Source of the DNA: a virus
Taxonomy: Duplodnaviria > Caudoviricetes
DNA: 33,629 nucleotides
Strand: one strand, 5' to 3'
IMG/VR virus record: IMGVR_UViG_3300038974_000531
Location: 1 to 33,629 of that record
The notes beneath the pieces were generated by a model. It made no database searches and was not told the origin of the DNA. It worked only from the letters and a program-made list of their open reading frames with translations. Positions within the stretch are counted from its first letter, which is position 1. Every line of letters starts with the position of its first letter. Of this stretch, positions 1-8,736 are shown in pieces. A program made the translations under genes and the position numbers.

Positions 1-2
1 AA

Positions 3-173
3 GCATATGAAGAGGAGAAGAAATCCCATGCCCAGACCATTGCCAATTACCAGCGCCATGTCGCTGCCTTGGAAACGTTCGAGCAGGACAAACAGGAAGC
101 GAAGGATGAGGCTGCTGCCGCTACTGCTAGTGATGCTGATCGCCTTGACTTCCTGCACGACTACCAGCTCTGA
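3..173 (+). CDS. 3' end of a coiled-coil protein, probable inner-membrane spanin (Rz-like); truncated by the window edge
   Basis: Open frame AYEEEKKSHAQTIANYQRHVAALETFEQDKQEAKDEAAAATASDADRLDFLHDYQL* ending at TGA 171-173, overlapped in another frame by a lipoprotein gene. Confidence 0.5.
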   Translation, partial: AYEEEKKSHAQTIANYQRHVAALETFEQDKQEAKDEAAAATASDADRLDFLHDYQL

Positions 174-423
174 TCTGATAACAGAACCGCAGATCGAGGT
201 TACAACTCCCCTGCAGATTGATCTGCCGATGCCTCCGGTACCGGCATACCCCCAGGCCTTAAATTGGCAGGTACAGGAAACCGTCTACACCTTGCCGGTT
301 TCCGATATGGACCGTTTAATTGAATGGCTTGTCGCGCTCAAGAAATGGCGCACCGAAAGCCTGCCTACATGGCTGCAGTTCTACGGGCTGACCGAGAAAG
401 GAAAGGGGTCCAGCCTTGAATAG
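106..423 (+). CDS. Pro-rich lipoprotein, probable outer-membrane spanin (Rz1-like)
   Basis: ATG at 106 gives MRLLPLLLVMLIALTS-C (signal peptide with lipobox), then a Pro-rich segment LPMPPVPAYP; overlaps the upstream gene. Confidence 0.6.
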   Translation: MRLLPLLLVMLIALTSCTTTSSDLITEPQIEVTTPLQIDLPMPPVPAYPQALNWQVQETVYTLPVSDMDRLIEWLVALKKWRTESLPTWLQFYGLTEKGKGSSLE

Positions 424-450
424 CATGAACAACAGAACAGAGGTGTGCGC

Positions 451-870
451 ATGAGGGAATGGTTGGGAATAATCATCAGTGTGCTGTCGGTGCTGATTGC
501 ATTCGGCACATTTTACTGGCGCGTCCGCGTGGATAACCGGCAGCAACAGGAAAAACAAACGGCCATCCAGGCCGACTTTATCAAGAGCGTCAATGAACGG
601 ATCGCTGTGCTGCAGAAGGCTCACGACTCCGAGATCGCCCAGTTGCGGCTCGACCTGCAAAGCAGGCTTGAGGATTTGCACGGTAAGGTTGATGAACGGA
701 GACGGAAGGATGTCCAGGACTTGCACAACAGGGTCAACGCCCTGGAGACGACATATCTTGCCAGTGTAGGCGACCGTCTCGGAAAGATAGAAGGCAAGAT
801 GGACTCGATGAATAATACGCTTATGCTGATTCAACGGCATTTTATAGAGAACCAGGGAGGTAGCCAGTGA
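451..870 (+). CDS. membrane-anchored coiled-coil protein (Mu gp25/DUF2730-like position)
   Basis: N-terminal hydrophobic helix WLGIIISVLSVLIAFGTFYW followed by coiled coil; lies just before the gp26-like gene. Confidence 0.55.
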   Translation: MREWLGIIISVLSVLIAFGTFYWRVRVDNRQQQEKQTAIQADFIKSVNERIAVLQKAHDSEIAQLRLDLQSRLEDLHGKVDERRRKDVQDLHNRVNALETTYLASVGDRLGKIEGKMDSMNNTLMLIQRHFIENQGGSQ

Positions 871-1169
871 AAAGAATGAAGGATGTTTTTGCTGAACAAC
901 AGCGAATCATTATATTACAGCTGATGTACCAGGACTCTGATTATTCACTCAATGACCAGATTCTTCAGAAGGCCCTGGACCTTTTTGGTCATGCAATTTC
1001 CATTGACCGCATCGATGCACACCTGCGCTTCCTTGAGGACTGCGACCTGGTCGAAGTCGATGATCTCGGTCATGGGATGCTGGTGGCGAAGCTTACCCGG
1101 AAAGGTATGGATGTAGCTCAAGGTCGATCCAGGGTTGACGGCATCGATCGCCCTATCCCGATGGAGTAG
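867..1169 (+). CDS. Mu gp26-like winged-helix protein
   Basis: RIIILQLM...YSLNDQIL...LRFLEDCDLV...AKLTRKGMDVAQGR...GIDRP pattern typical of the gene before the small terminase in Mu-like phages. Confidence 0.75.
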   Translation: MKRMKDVFAEQQRIIILQLMYQDSDYSLNDQILQKALDLFGHAISIDRIDAHLRFLEDCDLVEVDDLGHGMLVAKLTRKGMDVAQGRSRVDGIDRPIPME

Positions 1170-1172
1170 GCA

Positions 1173-1733
1173 ATGGGAAGAAAATCATCGATCGAGAGGT
1201 TGCCGGATGAGTTAAGGGCACGGTTGCTGAAATTACTCAATGATCCAAATGTGACCCAACTGCAAATTGCTGAAATCATAAACGATGAGGCAGGAGAGCA
1301 GGTTGTTTCAAAGAGCGCAGTCAACAGGTATGCCGTGAGGATGCGAGAGTTCCAAGAAAAGAATAGGCAAGCCCGTGAGGTTGCACAGGTGTATGTCGCC
1401 CAGTATGGAAGCGATACACAAAACCAACTTGGAAAGCTGGTCAATGAACAGGTCCGTATGCTGGTCTTTGAATTGTTAATGGCAATCGATGAGATAAAGA
1501 AAAGTGGAGATGACCCAGAGATGATCGAGTCCTTGGCATTCACTACCTCTAAAATTGCCAAAGCAATCAAGGACCTTGAGAGTTCCTCAACCATCAACAT
1601 GGAACGCGAGGAGAAAATGCGGGCCGCGACCAAGAAGGCAGCCGAGGAAGTGGAGTCCACCGTGCGCAAGGCAGGCCTTACCGACGAGACGGTGGAACAG
1701 ATAAAGGCCAGGATATTGGGGATCACAAAATAA
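1173..1733 (+). CDS. terminase small subunit (Mu gp27/DUF3486-like)
   Basis: N-terminus MGRKSSIERLP, VSKSAVNRY, C-terminus GLTDETVEQIKARILGI; stop overlaps the large terminase start. Confidence 0.85.
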   Translation: MGRKSSIERLPDELRARLLKLLNDPNVTQLQIAEIINDEAGEQVVSKSAVNRYAVRMREFQEKNRQAREVAQVYVAQYGSDTQNQLGKLVNEQVRMLVFELLMAIDEIKKSGDDPEMIESLAFTTSKIAKAIKDLESSSTINMEREEKMRAATKKAAEEVESTVRKAGLTDETVEQIKARILGITK

Positions 1734-3208
1734 TGGACGAGACGGTATTCCTTCCATACCAGCAGAAATGGATGGCGGACACCTCCCAGGTGAAGGTCGG
1801 GGAGAAGAGCAGGCGGATCGGACTCACATGGGCCGAGGCCGCCGATTCTGTTCTTACGGCCGCAGCCGATGCTGGCGAGGATGTCTTCTACATCTCCTAC
1901 AACATGGAGTTCACCAAGGAATTCGTGCAGACCTGTGCAGGTTGGGCGAAGAGCCTTGGCCGTGCCGCGTCCGAGATGGAGGAGATTCTGATAAAGGACG
2001 AGGATAAGGATGTCACCGCCTATAGGATTGCCTTTCCCAGCGGCCATAAGATACTCGGCCTGCCCTCCCGGCCCACCACATTGCGCGGTCGCCAGGGCCG
2101 TGTCATCATCGATGAGGCGGCGTTCTGCGACAACCTTGGCGAGTTGCTCAAAGCGGCTCTTGCCTTGCTGATGTGGGGCGGCGATGTGAGGATCATCAGC
2201 ACCCACAATGGTGAGGACAATCCCTTCAACGAGATGGTCAAGGACATCCGGTCCGGCAAGGTTCCCTACAGCCTGCACCGCACCACGATCAACGACGCGC
2301 TGGAGCAGGGGCTGTACAAGCGCATCTGCCTGCGCACCGGCAAGGCCTGGACGAAAGCTGCCGAGAAGAAATGGCTGGACGATCTGGTGAAGACCTACGG
2401 CGACGGGGCGAGCGAGGAGCTTTTCTGTATACCCTCCAAGAGTGGCAGCAAGTACCTGTCCCGCGCCTTGGTCGAGGCTTCCATGGACCAGGCCATCCCT
2501 GTGCTCAAATGGGAACAGAGCGATGACTTTACCTACCTGGCGGAAGAGGTCAGACAGGCCGCTTGCATGCAGTGGATTGCCGAGGACTTGGCTCCGATCC
2601 TGGAACAGGCCCCGGAACTTCCCTCCTTCGTGGGTGAGGACTTCGGTCGAAGCGGCGACCTTTCGGTCGTGGCGATTCAGCAGGAGATCATGCCCGGATT
2701 TTTGAAGGCGCTCTGCTATGTCGAGATGCGCAACGTTCCGTTCGCCCAACAGTACCAGGTGATCTGCTTTATCATCGACCACCTCAAGCGGTTCTATGGA
2801 TCGTCGCTTGACGCCAGGGGCAACGGGCAGATGATCGCCGAGCTGCTTGCCCAGAAGTACGGCCCGGGCTATGTGAACCAGGTCATGATTAGCCGGCAGT
2901 TCTACATGGAATATTTTCCCAAGTACAAGGCGCGGTTCGAGGACCAGGGGGTCAAGATACCCTACAGCCAGGACATCCTGGAGGACCACCGCCTGGTGGC
3001 CATCGAGAAGGGTGTCCCGCTGATCCCGGACGGCCGCACCAGCGAGGATGCTGGAAGGAAGAAGCTGCGCCACGGCGACTCGGTCGTCGCGGGCCTCATG
3101 GTCGAGCATGCCTACAGCAGCACAGCGTCGGCCTATCAGCCGTTCGAATACGAGCCGTGCCCACCGGCCAGCAGTTTTTCCAAAGGAGTAGATGATGAGA
3201 ATTGGTGA
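1733..3208 (+). CDS. terminase large subunit (Mu gp28-like)
   Basis: FLPYQQKW, Walker A-like EKSRRIGLTW, Walker B VIIDEAAF, IISTHNG, nuclease motifs GEDFGRSGD and HGD. Confidence 0.93.
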   Translation: MDETVFLPYQQKWMADTSQVKVGEKSRRIGLTWAEAADSVLTAAADAGEDVFYISYNMEFTKEFVQTCAGWAKSLGRAASEMEEILIKDEDKDVTAYRIAFPSGHKILGLPSRPTTLRGRQGRVIIDEAAFCDNLGELLKAALALLMWGGDVRIISTHNGEDNPFNEMVKDIRSGKVPYSLHRTTINDALEQGLYKRICLRTGKAWTKAAEKKWLDDLVKTYGDGASEELFCIPSKSGSKYLSRALVEASMDQAIPVLKWEQSDDFTYLAEEVRQAACMQWIAEDLAPILEQAPELPSFVGEDFGRSGDLSVVAIQQEIMPGFLKALCYVEMRNVPFAQQYQVICFIIDHLKRFYGSSLDARGNGQMIAELLAQKYGPGYVNQVMISRQFYMEYFPKYKARFEDQGVKIPYSQDILEDHRLVAIEKGVPLIPDGRTSEDAGRKKLRHGDSVVAGLMVEHAYSSTASAYQPFEYEPCPPASSFSKGVDDENW

Positions 3209-4778
3209 TGTGTTCAGAAGGTTGTCGACAAACCGCGAGAAGCCGCCGGTCAAGAGGCAGGAGATGGAGGGGGAGCTTGCCGCTCCCTCCCCGTTCAGTA
3301 TCCGCCAGCCCTGGATTAGCGAGGAGGTGGCCACCACCCTGTCGCCGATCAAGCTTGCCTCCCTGGTACGTGACATCAAGACGGGCGAGGCCAACGCATA
3401 CCTCACCCTTGCCGAGGAGATGGAGGAGCGCGACGGTCATTACCGGTCCGTACTCGGGTCCCGCAAGAACGCCATCAGCAGCCTTGAATACCTGGTCGAG
3501 TCCGGCGGCGATGACGAGAAGGCCAAGGCGATCGCCGACGATGTGTACACCAACATCGTGCGCAAGCCGCAGTTCAGCCTGCTTGTCTCCGATCTGCTCG
3601 ACGCCCTGGGCAAAGGCTACAGTGTTTGTGAGATCATCTGGAAATTGGACGCCTCCTGGTGGACACCCCTCACCTACAAATGGCGTGATCCCCGGTGGTT
3701 TCGCTACGACCACGAGACCGGCGAAAACCTTATGCTCAAGGAGGGGGCGGAGCTGCTGCCTCTGAAGCCCTACAAGTATGTGGTCCATCAGCCCCACCTC
3801 AAGAGCGGGCTGCAGATCAGAAGCGGCCTTGCACTCCCGTGTGCCTACTACCACATGATAAAGTCCTTCGACCTGGCCGGCTGGGCCGCGTTCGCCGAGA
3901 CTTACGGCTATCCGATCCGCATTGGCAAGTACGGGCGCAACGCATCGAAGAAGGACATCGAGGTGCTCAAGAGCGCGGTGCGCAATATCGGCACCGACGT
4001 GGGGGCTGTGGTCCCCGAGAGCATGCTGATCGAGATCGTCAACGGTGTGACCGGCAACGGCAACGTGACCCTGTACGAGCGCCTTGCCGAGTATGCCGAC
4101 AAGCAGATGAGCAAGACGGTTTTAGGCCAGACGATGAGCAGCGACGCCGAGGGCGGCCAGTACAAGGGCGATCTGCACAACGAGATTCGCCTGGAGATTC
4201 GCGAGAGCGATGCAGACCAGATCGCCTCTACCATAAACCGTGATCTCATTATCCCGTATGTGCAGCTCAACTATGGCATCCAGGAAGAATACCCGCATCT
4301 TACCATCCCCGTCCCCCGTCCGGAGGATATTCCCGGGCTGGTCGATGCAGTGACCAAGCTTGCCCCCCTGGGGTTCAAGGTCAAGACCGAGGACCTTTAT
4401 TACAAGCTGGGACTCAACCGGCCGGCCAAGGAGGATGATGTGCTGCAGCCCGCCCCTGCTCCGGTTGTTGATCCGGATTTGAACCAGCAGAAGAAGAGCC
4501 GCCTGCAGCTGAACGCAGAGCAGGCCGAGGCCGCCGATGATCCGGTTGCCGAGCTGGTGGACGAAGCTGCCGGCGAGTGGGAGCAGATTGCTTCCCCGCT
4601 GCTTGAGCAGATTCAGCAACTGGCCGCCGAGTGCGGTTCATATGATGAGCTTTCCCGGCGCCTGCCTTCCTTGTTGAAGGGTACGGCTTTGGATGCCGCG
4701 ATCGACCGGATCGCCCTGGCAACCTTCAAGGCCAAGGCCCTGGGTGATGTGGCAGCTTTGGAGGATGAGGATGTTTGA
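3192..4778 (+). CDS. portal protein (Mu gp29/DUF935)
   Basis: LAEEMEERDGH, LLDALGKGYSVCEIIW, FAETYGYPIRIGKY, SKTVLGQTMSS motifs; follows the terminase. Confidence 0.92.
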   Translation: MMRIGDVFRRLSTNREKPPVKRQEMEGELAAPSPFSIRQPWISEEVATTLSPIKLASLVRDIKTGEANAYLTLAEEMEERDGHYRSVLGSRKNAISSLEYLVESGGDDEKAKAIADDVYTNIVRKPQFSLLVSDLLDALGKGYSVCEIIWKLDASWWTPLTYKWRDPRWFRYDHETGENLMLKEGAELLPLKPYKYVVHQPHLKSGLQIRSGLALPCAYYHMIKSFDLAGWAAFAETYGYPIRIGKYGRNASKKDIEVLKSAVRNIGTDVGAVVPESMLIEIVNGVTGNGNVTLYERLAEYADKQMSKTVLGQTMSSDAEGGQYKGDLHNEIRLEIRESDADQIASTINRDLIIPYVQLNYGIQEEYPHLTIPVPRPEDIPGLVDAVTKLAPLGFKVKTEDLYYKLGLNRPAKEDDVLQPAPAPVVDPDLNQQKKSRLQLNAEQAEAADDPVAELVDEAAGEWEQIASPLLEQIQQLAAECGSYDELSRRLPSLLKGTALDAAIDRIALATFKAKALGDVAALEDEDV

Positions 4779-6216
4779 CCCCGGTGTTGTTCCCAAGGAG
4801 GCCCTGGATTATCTGGAGGGCAAGAAGCTTCGACCGGCGTTCAGTTATCAGGACGTCTGGAAGGAGGAGCACAACCACGCCTTCACCGTTGCCAAGTGCA
4901 TGCAGCTGGACCTGCTCAAGGACATTCAGGATTCGCTTGCCAAGGCGATCACCGAGGGCGTGCCCTATGAGAAGTGGTCCAAGGATATGACCAAGACCAT
5001 GGTCGATGCCGGATGGTGGGGCAAGCAGGAGATGGTCGACCCGCTCACCGGCGAGGTGAAGATGGTGCAGCTGGGCAGTTCCAGGCGCATCAAGACGATC
5101 TTCAACGTGAACATCAACTCCGCCTACCAGGCGGGGGTGTGGGAGCGCGGGTCGAAGAGCAAGCTGCACACCCATATCATGTACCGCATCGGGCCGAGCA
5201 GGCAGCACCGCGAGGAGCACCTGGGATGGGATGCCCTGGTGTTGCCGAAGGATGATCCTTTCTGGGATACCCACTGGCCGCCGCTTGGCTGGGGGTGCAA
5301 GTGCAAGACCCGCTTCCTTATGCAGAGCCAGGTGGACCGCTACGAGCGCGAGGGATTGCCCGACATGACCAGCATGGTCGACGGGTACCCCACCCGCAAG
5401 ACACCAGTACGGACCACCGCGCCCAAGGATGTGATGGTAAGCTATGTCAACAAGCGCACAGGCAAGTCCTACACGATCCCCGAGGGGATTGATCCCGGCT
5501 TCGAGTTCAACCAGGGCAAGCGCGAGGTTGCCCAACAGCAGACCGCGCAGCTCTACCAGGAGAAGTTCCAGCAGGCCACCGACGCGATCAACGGCAGCAC
5601 GGCCCCGGCCAACACATCGATGCCCGTATCCAGGAACATCGTCAGTGAGGCGAGGAAGAACACGCCGGTGGTCGATAGGGTGCTCAAGGCTATCGATTCG
5701 ATCCATGGCGACGGATCGCTGCCGGGTGTGCCGGTGAAGACATCCAGGGCGAAGTCGTTCTATGGGCAGTACAGCTTCTCCGGAAGCAGGTCCCACCAGA
5801 TCGCCCTCACCGATATTCCCGGGTCGCACAAGGAGCTGACCCTTGCCCACGAGATTGGGCATTACCTGGACCACCAGGGCTTGCCTGGTCCCGGACTCAC
5901 CTCCCGGACAGGAAGCTTCAAGCCGCTGGAGAATGTGCTGGATGCGATCGGTAAAAGCGACTCCATCGCCATGCTGAAAAAAGCGAAGGTGCGCAACCTG
6001 CATTACTATCTGAAGAAGGAGGAGGAGTTCGCTCGGGCCTATGCGCAGTACGTCGCGACCAAGAGCGCCGACCCTGTGCTGCTTGAGCAATTGCAGCAAC
6101 TTCAGACAGATGCTTCGGATTACCGATATATACAGTGGACAAATGAGGATTTTGTGCCTATCATGAAATCGATGGACGATATGTTCAAGGAGCTGGGATG
6201 GATACGAGAAGGATAG
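4771..6216 (+). CDS. MuF (gp30/F) head morphogenesis protein with a C-terminal zincin-like extension
   Basis: AFTVAK, RRIKTIFNVN, HREEH..WD..VLP.DDPFW..HWPPLGWGCKC and GIDPGFEFNQG form the MuF domain; about 230 extra residues contain HEIGH and EEEFARAY. Confidence 0.85.
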   Translation: MFDPGVVPKEALDYLEGKKLRPAFSYQDVWKEEHNHAFTVAKCMQLDLLKDIQDSLAKAITEGVPYEKWSKDMTKTMVDAGWWGKQEMVDPLTGEVKMVQLGSSRRIKTIFNVNINSAYQAGVWERGSKSKLHTHIMYRIGPSRQHREEHLGWDALVLPKDDPFWDTHWPPLGWGCKCKTRFLMQSQVDRYEREGLPDMTSMVDGYPTRKTPVRTTAPKDVMVSYVNKRTGKSYTIPEGIDPGFEFNQGKREVAQQQTAQLYQEKFQQATDAINGSTAPANTSMPVSRNIVSEARKNTPVVDRVLKAIDSIHGDGSLPGVPVKTSRAKSFYGQYSFSGSRSHQIALTDIPGSHKELTLAHEIGHYLDHQGLPGPGLTSRTGSFKPLENVLDAIGKSDSIAMLKKAKVRNLHYYLKKEEEFARAYAQYVATKSADPVLLEQLQQLQTDASDYRYIQWTNEDFVPIMKSMDDMFKELGWIREG

Positions 6217-6443
6217 TGGGCACCACGTGCCTGGGAAACCCGATCTACGAGACAGACCCCAACCTTCCGCCTTTGACTAAGGAGGAGGAAATCCTGCATG
6301 CAATGCGCGCCGGTATCTTCGATTGTGTTGAGGTGGGTTCGGACGGCAAGGATTACGTTGCCTCCGATGAGGATGGCCTGTACCATCCGCTGATGGAGGA
6401 CGGGTACCCCGATCTCTCCAAGAAGGTGCCGTTGCCGGCATGA
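6198..6443 (+). CDS. small acidic hypothetical protein coupled to MuF
   Basis: 81-aa ORF overlapping the MuF stop, AGGAG upstream, ends just before a terminator. Confidence 0.6.
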   Translation: MDTRRIVGTTCLGNPIYETDPNLPPLTKEEEILHAMRAGIFDCVEVGSDGKDYVASDEDGLYHPLMEDGYPDLSKKVPLPA

Positions 6444-6457
6444 GTAGAATGTGATTC

Positions 6458-6486
6458 AAAAGGAGGCGGAAACGCCTCTTTTTTTA
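6458..6486. terminator. intrinsic terminator, probably bidirectional
   Basis: AAAAG-GAGGCG-GAAA-CGCCTC-TTTTTTT between convergent genes. Confidence 0.85.
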
Positions 6487-7140
6487 TTGCTGTTTTTGCT
6501 GGTCAAACAATGCTTGGATATATGCCTTGGTCATTACTTTTTTGGTTTGATCTAACTGGCAGTATTCGTTCTCAATTTCTGATAGTATATCAACCTTATT
6601 TTTGAGCGATTTATTTTCAAGGTACATTTTATAGACACCAGGGAAAAGGATTTCAAAAGATTCCTGCGGGATATTTTCCTTCGGTGGTCGTTTCTGAATC
6701 TGGTCCGGCGTAATCTGCATCGGGCCTTTTCCTGTCAAAATCCAGCTCCGACTATAAAGTGTATTGCCTTCGAGCCTGCGGAGTGCGTCATATTCCGGCT
6801 CTTCGATATCATCTTCCCATTTTGCGTAATTCTCTGGATCAATAGTCATCATGTTGGATATTTGTGTCCGATCCCACCCGATAGTCCTGCGAACTAAGGC
6901 TAAGCGCTTACCTATAGTTTCTGGATATAAAAATATTTCGCCTTTTCCGAATATCAAATAGTTTGCATTTACAGAATATTTGGTCACTAAAAACTCAATC
7001 ACACTTTTAGGTATTTCCTTCTTTCCATTTTCAATTTCATTAATAGTGCTCTTTCCGATGCCTGAAGCCTCAGATAAAGCAGTCTGGCTTTTAAACCCCA
7101 ACCTTTCTCTAAGTTTAGCAAACTCTTCTCCAGAAAGCAT
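6484..7140 (-). CDS. prophage repressor with two tandem XRE-type HTH domains
   Basis: LRERLGFKSQTALSEASGIGKSTINEIENG...NYLIFGKG and RLALVRRTIGWDRTQIS...WILTGKG; only convincing minus-strand gene; divergent from a Ner/Cro-like gene; AT-rich. Confidence 0.8.
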   Translation of the reverse strand: MLSGEEFAKLRERLGFKSQTALSEASGIGKSTINEIENGKKEIPKSVIEFLVTKYSVNANYLIFGKGEIFLYPETIGKRLALVRRTIGWDRTQISNMMTIDPENYAKWEDDIEEPEYDALRRLEGNTLYSRSWILTGKGPMQITPDQIQKRPPKENIPQESFEILFPGVYKMYLENKSLKNKVDILSEIENEYCQLDQTKKVMTKAYIQALFDQQKQQ

Positions 7141-7163
7141 GATTCTCTCCTATTTGGCAAAAA

Positions 7164-7221
7164 GTCTTATTTTACGATTGACTTTTTCGCATATTAAGAT
7201 AAACTGTTCGTATGTTACGAA
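7164..7221. promoter_or_regulatory. three 15-bp operator-like sites overlapping a rightward sigma70-like promoter
   Basis: GTCTTATTTTACGAT (7164-7178), TTCGCATATTAAGAT (7186-7200) and palindromic TTCGTA-TGT-TACGAA (7207-7221); -35 TTGACT (7178-7183), 16 bp spacer, -10 TAAACT (7200-7205). Confidence 0.65.
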
Positions 7222-7287
7222 ATTAACTTTACTTTAATTATTGCGCTAGAAATTCATTTTTGTCTAGCGTCCAACAGGGAGGATATC

Positions 7288-7518
7288 TTGCCAAACACTT
7301 CACAACGCGATCGGGACGTTCATCTGAAGGTGAGTGTGATTCTTAAAAAGAGAAACATCACTCTCGATCAGCTGGCTAAAAAACACAAGGTCAGTCGGCC
7401 ATATATCTCTATGGTCATTATGGGCAGTAGGTCTTCAGCGGTAATGCGTCAGAAGTTAGCCGAAGACCTCGGGTGTAGGTCTTGGGAAGAATTACAAAAC
7501 TTGGAGGTGACAGTATGA
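7288..7518 (+). CDS. Ner/Cro-like HTH regulator
   Basis: LKKRNITLDQLAKKHKVSRPYISMVIMG; TTG start with GGAGG RBS; first gene of the early operon. Confidence 0.75.
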   Translation: MPNTSQRDRDVHLKVSVILKKRNITLDQLAKKHKVSRPYISMVIMGSRSSAVMRQKLAEDLGCRSWEELQNLEVTV

Positions 7519-8027
7519 GCATGATTTGCAGGCGTCTGTACAAGGTCCGCCATGGCAAGATCACCATGAACGACGGACGGTCTTACCAGGTTCCGTGTCT
7601 GCAGGATTCGGTGCTGGTGGTAGAAAGTTATTCGGAGCTGCTGCTGCTTTGCGAGATGAACGGCAAGGCGCTGGAGGAGTCCGAGGGCGTGGAGCTTTCT
7701 CCCTGCTCCTGCGTGAACGGGTGTCTGATCCGCAAGGATAAGACAGGACAGGCTTCCTGCCCGTTGGCCGATCGCCGCTATGTGATGGCAGACGACGATC
7801 TTGCCGTCACCCCCCCCCACGACAACGATCTGGAGTTCGGAAAGATAGTCCAGGAAGAACGGAAACGGCTGGGCCTTTCCATGTACCGCCTTGCCCAGTT
7901 GTCCGGGGTTTGTTCAACCACCATCCGGAACATCGAAGCCGGCATCCGTAGCACCGAGCGCACCAAGGCATTCGTCCGTGATGCCTTGAACGACTGCGCC
8001 CAGGGGAGGCTTGCATGCAACGGCTGA
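7515..8027 (+). CDS. Cys-rich N-terminal domain plus C-terminal XRE HTH
   Basis: FGKIVQEERKRLGLSMYRLAQLSGVCSTTIRNIEAG; ATG overlaps the upstream stop, GGAGG RBS. Confidence 0.65.
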   Translation: MSMICRRLYKVRHGKITMNDGRSYQVPCLQDSVLVVESYSELLLLCEMNGKALEESEGVELSPCSCVNGCLIRKDKTGQASCPLADRRYVMADDDLAVTPPHDNDLEFGKIVQEERKRLGLSMYRLAQLSGVCSTTIRNIEAGIRSTERTKAFVRDALNDCAQGRLACNG

Positions 8028-8266
8028 TCTCCCTTGTTTCCAGGAATGCGGACAAGGTCCTGCATGTGGTCTGCGCCTATGGTGCGACCGTCACCGCCGG
8101 CATCGTACTGCATTCGATCGGATGGGCGTTGTTGTCTGGGCTGGTGGTTTCCGTATTGAAGGAAGCCTACGACCAATGGTCTTACAAGGGCTGGTCCTGG
8201 GCTGATCTGGCTGCCGATGCGATAGGCATCGTCATGGCGTTTCTGATTCTCGCAATCGCGTTGTAG
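8015..8266 (+). CDS. small membrane protein (DKxLH...KE.YD...W.DL.AD motif)
   Basis: 83 aa, mostly hydrophobic; motif resembles small VanZ/YfiM-like phage membrane proteins. Confidence 0.55.
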   Translation: MQRLISLVSRNADKVLHVVCAYGATVTAGIVLHSIGWALLSGLVVSVLKEAYDQWSYKGWSWADLAADAIGIVMAFLILAIAL

Positions 8267-8268
8267 AG

Positions 8269-8475
8269 GTGAGTATGGCTTTGAATGTGAAGAAGTCCCA
8301 GGCGGCGATGGAAGTGATCCAAGCCGGGGAGAAGAAGGTGGTCGTGGTGCTGAACGAGTACAACTACGAACTGTTGACGGTATTGGCGGCATCCGGTGGA
8401 ACTACGGTCGAGCGGATGGTGGAGCATGCGACGCTGCAGATGCTGAACCAGCGGACGCTGGAGGGTGCCAGATGA
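8269..8475 (+). CDS. hypothetical protein
   Basis: 68-aa ORF tightly packed in the early operon. Confidence 0.5.
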   Translation: MSMALNVKKSQAAMEVIQAGEKKVVVVLNEYNYELLTVLAASGGTTVERMVEHATLQMLNQRTLEGAR

Positions 8476-8735
8476 AGAGCTGTGAATGTTTCGTACTGAT
8501 CCGTGAGGCCGGCTACAAGGTTCCCATCGCCGACTGCCTGGACTCCGCCGACAAGGAGAGCAAGTCCTACCTGCTGGCCCTGGCATCGAAAGACGGCAGG
8601 CAGCATGCACTGTCCCTGCGGTTCTGCCCGTTCTGCGGGAATGTCCTGCATGACATCAGCGAGGAGTCTGTGGACAGGAAGCGCAAGCAAGGCGTCGAGG
8701 TCCGTATCGGGACCGTCGAACGGAAGGAGGGTTGA
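8472..8735 (+). CDS. small Zn-ribbon-like protein
   Basis: CxC near the N-terminus and FCPFCG; ATGA overlap and GGAGG RBS. Confidence 0.55.
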   Translation: MKSCECFVLIREAGYKVPIADCLDSADKESKSYLLALASKDGRQHALSLRFCPFCGNVLHDISEESVDRKRKQGVEVRIGTVERKEG

Positions 8736-8736
8736 T

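Noticed and set aside
1118-3406. 762-aa minus-strand ORF, and other long antisense ORFs (e.g. 4726-6099, 13215-14318, 23116-24483, 26668-28038, 30275-31918)
   Set aside because: They shadow well-supported + strand genes, have no recognisable motifs, and are expected in GC-rich coding DNA
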